Positions 57,731 through 64,000 of a DNA stretch of 64,000 nucleotides are shown here, in pieces. The translations under genes were made by a program, and so were the position numbers. The notes under the pieces were generated by a model. It was not told the DNA's origin, did no database searches, and was given only the letters and a program-made list of their open reading frames with translations. The first letter of the stretch is position 1. Each line of letters starts with the position of its first letter. Source of the stretch: Spirochaetia bacterium (GTDB lineage: Bacteria > Spirochaetota > Spirochaetia > SZUA-6 > Bin103). Location of the stretch: the NCBI GenBank assembly GCA_965203905.1, contig CBDBDQ010000005.1:4224001-4288000 (forward strand), written 5' to 3'.

Positions 57731-58681
57731 TTACTCTACGGCTCGACCCTGCTGCCGAAAAATCGCCAGCGCCTGCTCGAAGCTGATCCGGTCGAGCGGC
57801 TCGGCGGCGGCGTCGAGCACCTGGTCCACCTGCGCCACCGTGTTCAGGCCCACGATCAGGCTCGTCACCACCGGGTGGGCGAGGGCGAAGCGGATCGCGA
57901 AGCGGGTCAGTGCCGCCGGTGCCAACTCCTGCCGCAAGAGCGCCAGGCGTTCGTAGGCGCGATCCCATTCCGGCGCCCGCATCCGGTCTCCGTCCGGCAG
58001 CGACCCGCGGTTGCCGCGCTGGTCGGTCAGCAGCCCGGCCAGCAGCGGGCGAATGCAGAGGAACCCGCCGCCGCGGCGCTGGAGGGCGGGAAAGAAGCGC
58101 GCCATCTCCATCTCGATCACGTTGTAGTAGGCGACCAGGCCCGAGAAGGTCCCGGTGGCGAGCGCCGCCTCGGCGAACGCAGGGGTGTACGGAAAAGAGG
58201 TGAGGTAGCCCACCTTGCCCTCGTCCCGCAGCGTCTCGAAGGTCTCTTTGAGCGGCTCGTCGACCGCCTCCACCGCGGGGACCCGCAGCTCGTCGCTGTT
58301 CGGTGCAGCGCGCTGCAGGTGCTGGATCACGGCGATGCGGTCGGTGTGCAGCTCGGCCAGCGCCTCCTCGACCCGCAGCCGGAACTTGGCCGCATCGAAG
58401 CGGCCGCCATCGTCGAAGTCGGGCACCGGGACCTTGATGACGTGATGGATCTCGTGGCGGCGCGGATGGCCGGCCAGCACCTTGCCCACGGACCAGCGGG
58501 TACCGTACTCGTAGCTGGAGTGCACGAAGTTGACGCCGCGCTCCAGCGCCCGCTCCAGTGCCAGGCGGCCGGCGCGCGAACGCTCGTCGTCGGAGCCTCC
58601 CTTGGCGGCGAAGCGCATCGGCCCGAAGCAGATCGGCGAAACCTCCAGGTCCGTGGATCCAAATCGCCTGTACTCCATCAT
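57731..58681 (-). CDS. Aldo/keto reductase
   Basis: YRRFGSTDLEVSPICFG, GVNF, L.TDRI, FALAHP.V.SLIVG. Confidence 0.85.
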   Translation of the reverse strand: MMEYRRFGSTDLEVSPICFGPMRFAAKGGSDDERSRAGRLALERALERGVNFVHSSYEYGTRWSVGKVLAGHPRRHEIHHVIKVPVPDFDDGGRFDAAKFRLRVEEALAELHTDRIAVIQHLQRAAPNSDELRVPAVEAVDEPLKETFETLRDEGKVGYLTSFPYTPAFAEAALATGTFSGLVAYYNVIEMEMARFFPALQRRGGGFLCIRPLLAGLLTDQRGNRGSLPDGDRMRAPEWDRAYERLALLRQELAPAALTRFAIRFALAHPVVTSLIVGLNTVAQVDQVLDAAAEPLDRISFEQALAIFRQQGRAVE

Positions 58682-58820
58682 GCCTCCCTCAGCCCGGAGT
58701 CTACCGCATCCGCTCCGCGGCGGCACAGGAGCGTAATCATGGGTGGCGTCTCGGGGCGGCCTGCCGCCGCGGCCGACGCGTGGTTGACTTTGGCGGCGGG
58801 CGGATCTAGCATCGGCGGTT

Positions 58821-59867
58821 ATGGCGGCCGCCGCTTCCGCTCACGGGGCAGCCGAGGACCTGCTCATCGAGGTGCGCGACCTGCGCGTCGAGTTCCGGCT
58901 TACGGAGGGGCTGTTGCGTGCGGTGGACGGCGTCAGCTTCGTGGTGCGCAGCCACCAGACGCTGGGCGTGATGGGCGAGTCGGGGTGCGGCAAGAGCGTT
59001 ACCGCGCGCGCCATCATGGGAATCGTGCCGATTCCGCCGGGGCGCGTCACCGGCACCATCAACTACTATCCCGAGCACGGGCCGCCGATCGACCTGGTGA
59101 GCCTCGATCCCAAGGGCGACGAGTACCGCGACATCCGCGGCAACCAGATCAGCATGATCTTCCAGGAGCCGATGACGGCGCTCAGCCCGGTGCACACCGT
59201 CGGCAACCAGATCGGCGAGGTGCTGCGCGTGCACCAGGAGGTGGACCGCAGGCGGGCGCGCGACCAGACCGTCGACCTGCTGGACCGGGTGGGCATCAGC
59301 GACCCGCACCGGCGCGTGGACCAGTATCCGTTCGAGCTCAGCGGCGGCATGAACCAGCGGGCGATGATCGCCATGGCGCTGGCCTGCCGGCCACGGCTGC
59401 TGATCGCCGACGAGCCCACCACCGGCCTGGACGTGACCATCCAGGCGCAGATCATGGAGCTGATCCAGGACCTGCAGCGGGAGTTCGGCATGGCGGTGCT
59501 GTTCATCACCCATGACCTGGGACTGATCGCGGAGATGGCCGACGACGTGCTCACCATGTACATGGGGCAGATCGTGGAGGCCGGCAGCGCCGACCAGGTG
59601 TTCTACGGCCACACCCATCCCTACACCGAGGGCCTGCTGAAGTCGATTCCCATCGTCGCCGCCGAGCATCACCGCCTGGCGCCGATCCGCGGCAGCGTGC
59701 CCAACCCCTACGCACGCCTCTCCGGCTGCCGATTCCGCTACCGTTGTCACCGCTACATCGGCGAGATCTGCGACCAGGAGCCGCCCCAGTTCGGTCCCGC
59801 GCCCGGCCACCTCAGCAAGTGCTGGCTGCACGAGCCCGCCGGGAAGCCGAGCGAGGCGCGGCGATGA
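58821..59867 (+). CDS. Oligopeptide/dipeptide ABC transporter ATP-binding protein (OppD/DppD)
   Basis: GESGCGKS, FQEPM, LSGGMNQR, ADEPTT, HPYT. Confidence 0.93.
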   Translation: MAAAASAHGAAEDLLIEVRDLRVEFRLTEGLLRAVDGVSFVVRSHQTLGVMGESGCGKSVTARAIMGIVPIPPGRVTGTINYYPEHGPPIDLVSLDPKGDEYRDIRGNQISMIFQEPMTALSPVHTVGNQIGEVLRVHQEVDRRRARDQTVDLLDRVGISDPHRRVDQYPFELSGGMNQRAMIAMALACRPRLLIADEPTTGLDVTIQAQIMELIQDLQREFGMAVLFITHDLGLIAEMADDVLTMYMGQIVEAGSADQVFYGHTHPYTEGLLKSIPIVAAEHHRLAPIRGSVPNPYARLSGCRFRYRCHRYIGEICDQEPPQFGPAPGHLSKCWLHEPAGKPSEARR

Positions 59868-60937
59868 ACGAAGCCGCCAACGGTCCGCTGCTGCGGGTGG
59901 AGCACCTGTTCAAGTACTACCCGGTGACCGCCGGCCTGCTGAAGCGCAAGGTGGCCGAAGTGCGCGCGGTCGACGGCGTCAGCTTCGAGGTCGGCAAGGA
60001 GGAGACCCTGGCGCTGGCCGGCGAGAGCGGCTGCGGCAAGACCACCGTGGTGCGCAGCATCTCGCGGCTGGTGGACCCCGACGGCGGCCAGGTCCTGCTC
60101 AAGACCGAGCTGCTGGACGAGTACCGCGACGCCGCCGGCTGGCTCGACCTGGCGGCATTGCCGGGCCGGGAGATGAAGGCGGTGCGCCGCGACCTGCAGG
60201 TGATCTTCCAGGACCCCGACTCGTCGCTCAACCCGCGCTTCACCATCAAGAGCATCGTCGGCGAGCCGCTGGTGGTGCACGGTCTCGGCCGGCGGCGCGA
60301 GATCGCCGACCGGGTGGATGAGCTGCTGCGCCTGGTGGGGCTCGACACCAGCCACCTGAACCGCTTTCCCCACGAGCTCAGCGGCGGCCAGAAGCAGCGC
60401 GTCGGCATCGCCCGCGCACTGGCCCTGGAGCCGCGGCTGATCCTGGCCGACGAGCCGGTGTCGGCGCTGGACATGTCGATCCAGGGGCAGATCCTCAACC
60501 TGATCGAGGACCTGCGCGCCAAGCTGGGGCTGACCATGCTGTTCATCGCCCACGACCTGTCGGTGCTGGCGCATATCAGCGACCGCATGGGGGTGATGTA
60601 CCTCGGCAACCTGGTCGAGGTGGGCGCCACCACCGACCTGTTCCGCAAGCCGCGCCACCCCTACTCGGAAGCACTGCTGACGGCGATTCCGCAGCCCGAC
60701 CCGAAGCGCAAGGTGGAGCGCGTGATCCTCGAAGGCCAGGTGCCGTCGCCGCTCAACAAGCCGGCCGGCTGCCCGTTCCACCCGCGCTGCCCGTACCGGC
60801 AGCAGCGCTGCGAGGGCGAGGTGCCCGAGTTGCGCCCCGCGGGGGACGGACGCATGGTTGCCTGCCACTTCGCCGAGGAGCTGGAGCTGCGCGGCTCGCT
60901 GCAGAGCGACGTGATGGGGCGCCTCGGCCTGACTTGA
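59864..60937 (+). CDS. Oligopeptide/dipeptide ABC transporter ATP-binding protein (OppF/DppF)
   Basis: GESGCGKTT, LSGGQKQR, ADEPVSALD, GCPFHPRC. Confidence 0.93.
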   Translation: MNEAANGPLLRVEHLFKYYPVTAGLLKRKVAEVRAVDGVSFEVGKEETLALAGESGCGKTTVVRSISRLVDPDGGQVLLKTELLDEYRDAAGWLDLAALPGREMKAVRRDLQVIFQDPDSSLNPRFTIKSIVGEPLVVHGLGRRREIADRVDELLRLVGLDTSHLNRFPHELSGGQKQRVGIARALALEPRLILADEPVSALDMSIQGQILNLIEDLRAKLGLTMLFIAHDLSVLAHISDRMGVMYLGNLVEVGATTDLFRKPRHPYSEALLTAIPQPDPKRKVERVILEGQVPSPLNKPAGCPFHPRCPYRQQRCEGEVPELRPAGDGRMVACHFAEELELRGSLQSDVMGRLGLT

Positions 60938-60974
60938 GGGGCCGTGGCGCCGGTAAGGTCGCAGGGCGGTCCGC

Positions 60975-61586
60975 TCAGTCGACCAGGTTGGCGCCGCCGT
61001 CCTCCAGTGTCTCCGGGCGCCGCCAGTAGGAGTACTGGGGCGTCCACTCAGCGTCACCGATCCCGGCCAGAGCCAGCAGTCCCCACAGGGCGCAGTAGAG
61101 GTCGCCGGGACCGAACACGCAGGAGTTCCGGCGCAGGATGGTGTCGCCGGAGCGCTCGTAGAGCACGGCGCCGGGGTAGTTGTCGCTGCCGGGGCTGACC
61201 GACTGCTCGCGCGGGTAGTCGCTGCCGCCGTGGGAGGCCAGCCGGAAGCGCCAGCCGCGGGCGTTGGCGAAGCGCCGCTGCAGCGCCGGCGGATCCTTGG
61301 ACAGCAGCACTACCGCCACTACCGACTCCAGGTGCGGCAGCAGGCCGTTGAAGCCGTCCGCCCACAGCGTGCAGTAGCGACAGCCCTGCCCCATGTTGTG
61401 GATGGCGAGCAGCCGCTGCCGATCGGCGAACAGCTCACGCAGCGTGGTCGGGCCGCTCTGCGTCGTGAAGCGATAGTTGGGCACCGGCGTTCCCGGACGC
61501 TCCTTGCGCAGGGCGTTGAGCTCGGATGTCAACTCGCCGATCCGCCGTTCCAGCTCGGCGATCCTGCTATCGCATTCATCTGCCAT
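60975..61586 (-). CDS. DUF899 family thioredoxin-like protein
   Basis: VPNYRF, LRELF, HNMGQGCRYCTLWADG. Confidence 0.85.
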   Translation of the reverse strand: MADECDSRIAELERRIGELTSELNALRKERPGTPVPNYRFTTQSGPTTLRELFADRQRLLAIHNMGQGCRYCTLWADGFNGLLPHLESVVAVVLLSKDPPALQRRFANARGWRFRLASHGGSDYPREQSVSPGSDNYPGAVLYERSGDTILRRNSCVFGPGDLYCALWGLLALAGIGDAEWTPQYSYWRRPETLEDGGANLVD

Positions 61587-61624
61587 GGCGTAGGTTCCCT
61601 CCCGATGGTTGCGCGCCGGCATCG

Positions 61625-62812
61625 CTACCAGCCCTTCCAGCTACCGTCGGCGTGACGGTACTGCCGGAACCGGGTCGGCCGATAGGGGAGCTGCGCGATG
61701 TCGGCTTCCTTGACGGTGACGCCCAGTCCGGGTTCCTCCGGCACGTTCATGTATCCCTCATGGACCTGGAACGGATGCTCGGCGAAGCGGTCGAACTGGG
61801 CGAGGTATCCGGCCGTGGTCTCCTGGATCAGCAGGTTGGCCATCGCCGCGTCGGCGTGGATCAGCGCCGCGTGGCCCACCGGTCCGGAGGTGTTGTGCGG
61901 CGCCATCAGCATCTGCTGCGCGTCCGCCAGCCGCGCGATCTCCAGCATGCGGTGGATGCCGAAGCACTGGGTGATGTCCGGCTGCAGGATGGCGCAGGCG
62001 CGGCTGTCGGTCAGCTCCTTGAACTGGGCCACGGTGAACAGCTTCTCGCCGGTGGCGATCGGCACCGGGCTGCGCCGGCTGACCTCGGCCAGCGCCGCCA
62101 CCGAGCCCGCCTTGACCGGCTCCTCCAGGAACAGCGGGCGCAGCGGCGCCACCGCGCGGGCGAAGGCGACGCTGAGCTCCGGCAGCGGGCTGCCGTGGGT
62201 GTCGAGCAGGATCTCCAGCTCGGGGCCGGCCGCCTCCCGCATCGCCGCCACGCACGCCCGCGAATGCTCGATGGCGGCCGGATCCAGGGGCGTGGCGCGG
62301 GTCTCCAGCGGGTTGCCCTTGATCCCGGCATAGCCCTGGCGCTGCGCGGCCAGCGCGCTCGCCGCGGCCGCCTCCGGGGAGGCGAAGCTGCCGCCGTTGG
62401 AGTACACCCGCACGCGCTCGCGCCGGCGGCCGCCGAGCACGGTATGCACCGGCACCCCCCACGCCTTGCCCACCAGGTCGTACAGGGCGATGTTCACCGC
62501 CGCCGCGGCGCAGCCCAGCACCGGACCGCCCTTCCACGGCAGGCGGTCGGTCAGGTCCTCGGTGAGGGCGATCACCCGCAGCGGGTCAGCGCCCAGCAGC
62601 AACTCGCGCCAGGCGTGGATCTGGGCTTCCACCGGCTCGACCAGCCACTCCGCGGTACCCTCTCCCCAGCCGGCCAGTCCGGCATCGGTCTCCAGCTTCA
62701 GCAGCAGCCAGCCCTTCTCGGTGCTGGCGATCGCCTCCCCGGTTACCGGGTCATGCTCCCGCTGCCCGGTGGCGACGCTGAACTTGAAGGTCTGCACGCC
62801 GGTGATTTTCAC
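61625..62812 (-). CDS. Mandelate racemase/muconate lactonizing enzyme family (galactonate dehydratase-like)
   Basis: GWGE, IALYDLVGK, LDTHG, FLEEP, IATGE, LQPD, APHN; GTG start with GGGAG RBS. Confidence 0.88.
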   Translation of the reverse strand: MKITGVQTFKFSVATGQREHDPVTGEAIASTEKGWLLLKLETDAGLAGWGEGTAEWLVEPVEAQIHAWRELLLGADPLRVIALTEDLTDRLPWKGGPVLGCAAAAVNIALYDLVGKAWGVPVHTVLGGRRRERVRVYSNGGSFASPEAAAASALAAQRQGYAGIKGNPLETRATPLDPAAIEHSRACVAAMREAAGPELEILLDTHGSPLPELSVAFARAVAPLRPLFLEEPVKAGSVAALAEVSRRSPVPIATGEKLFTVAQFKELTDSRACAILQPDITQCFGIHRMLEIARLADAQQMLMAPHNTSGPVGHAALIHADAAMANLLIQETTAGYLAQFDRFAEHPFQVHEGYMNVPEEPGLGVTVKEADIAQLPYRPTRFRQYRHADGSWKGW

Positions 62813-62927
62813 CGTGAGTCTCCCATGACCGCTCCATCCTAATGGATTGCGCGCCTGACGCCGAGTTGGCGCAGGCCGGGTACAATAGGCCCCGGTCCAG
62901 CAGCGCTGCTGGCAACGGAGGTACGCC

Positions 62928-64000
62928 GTGGGATCTGACACGTTGACTGTCGCCGTGATCGGGTGCGGCCGCATGGGGCAGCAATACGCGACCGTGTACG
63001 CCACCCGGCCCGATACCGAACTGGTGGCCATCGCCGAGGCCAACCCGGAACGGCGCCGCGCGGTAGGCGAACGCTTTGGCGTGTCGCGGCTGTTCGCCGG
63101 CGCCGCGGAGCTGTTCGCGGCCGTGGTGCCGGATGTGGCGGCGGTGGTGCTGCCGGTGCGCTACATCAAGGACGCGGTGCTGGCGGCCGTCGCCGCCGGC
63201 GTGCGCGGGGTCACCACCGACAAGCCGATCGCCGCAACCCTGGCCGACGCCGACGCCATGGTGGCCGCGTGCGAGCGCCGCGGCGTCGTGTTCGGCGGCG
63301 GCAACCTGCAGCGCGCCCGCGGCGACGTGCAGGACGCGGCACGCTGGATCCGTCGCGGCGACTTCGGGGCGGTCACCGGCGCGGCGGTGCACCGCTGGGG
63401 CGGGGGAGAGATCTCCGGCGGCGGCTGCCAGCACGTGTCGGTGCTGCGCCTGCTGGTGGACGCGGAGGTGGCCGAGGTGGTCGCCTGGGGCAAGCCGGCC
63501 CACAAGCTGGCCCCGGACGAGGACGACGCCGGGCTGGCCATCCACGCCCGCTTTACCATGTCCGACGGCCTCTCGGTGCCGGTGTTCGCCGAGGAGACGC
63601 CGCACAGCGGGGTCGACCTGTGGACCGACGCCGCGCTGATCCGCTGGGAGTGGGACGCCACCACGATCTATGCCGGCAGCGACGCCAGCGGCCGGCGCGT
63701 GCCGTTGCAGCGTTCTTTCACTCCCGTGGAGTATCCCCGGTTTTCCTATCTGGGAACTGCCATCGGCTCGTTTCTGGATGCGGTACGCACCGGCAGCGAG
63801 CTGTGGATCTCGGGCCACGATCTGCGCCAGGCGCTGGAAGTGGCGATCGCGGCGAAGCGCTCGGCCGCCCTCGGCTCGGTCCCGGTAGCGCTGCCGCTGA
63901 AAGACCGCGGCCTGACGCTGCGCCCGCGTGCCTACCGCTGGCTGGGCGGCGACGTGACCGGAAGCGAGCAGAGCCTGGCTGAAGCCTCCACGCCGTGGGC
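62928..64000 (+). CDS. Gfo/Idh/MocA family oxidoreductase (3' end outside the window)
   Basis: VAVIGCGRMG, TTDKP; C-terminus similar to the 50894 paralog (LPL.DR...YRW.GGDVTG); absent from the ORF track because it has no stop in the window. Confidence 0.85.
   Translation, partial: MGSDTLTVAVIGCGRMGQQYATVYATRPDTELVAIAEANPERRRAVGERFGVSRLFAGAAELFAAVVPDVAAVVLPVRYIKDAVLAAVAAGVRGVTTDKPIAATLADADAMVAACERRGVVFGGGNLQRARGDVQDAARWIRRGDFGAVTGAAVHRWGGGEISGGGCQHVSVLRLLVDAEVAEVVAWGKPAHKLAPDEDDAGLAIHARFTMSDGLSVPVFAEETPHSGVDLWTDAALIRWEWDATTIYAGSDASGRRVPLQRSFTPVEYPRFSYLGTAIGSFLDAVRTGSELWISGHDLRQALEVAIAAKRSAALGSVPVALPLKDRGLTLRPRAYRWLGGDVTGSEQSLAEASTPW

Overview
High-GC bacterial chromosomal window. The 'LWAAG/LWASG..E' N-termini of its family-5 solute-binding proteins (SBPs) suggest a Spirochaetota lineage, but this is inference only. 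From left to right it holds phoU, amtB, a free-standing HNH nuclease, tRNA-Val(TAC), a catabolic cluster (PhyH dioxygenase, iolD, two transaldolase-family proteins, a sulfatase), four ATPase-less peptide/nickel-type ABC importer modules, three GH32-like hydrolases, several toxin-antitoxin pairs and remnants, Uma2 and clan-AA protease genes, an aminotransferase/oxidoreductase run and one orphan OppD/OppF pair. The 18.5-35 kb segment is a mosaic of duplicated, truncated and internally deleted fragments. The most interesting signal is non-coding. Every SBP gene sits behind a long leader that starts with a sigma70-like promoter and has an ATG 55-57 nt after the -35 box. In three leaders this ATG opens a conserved short peptide (MKRxDxSxR) with several synonymous differences. 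Two leaders also share a downstream structured element with compensatory base changes and alternative pairings. Together these form a candidate undescribed leader-peptide/RNA-switch system controlling ABC importers. All calls were made by eye; no searches were run.
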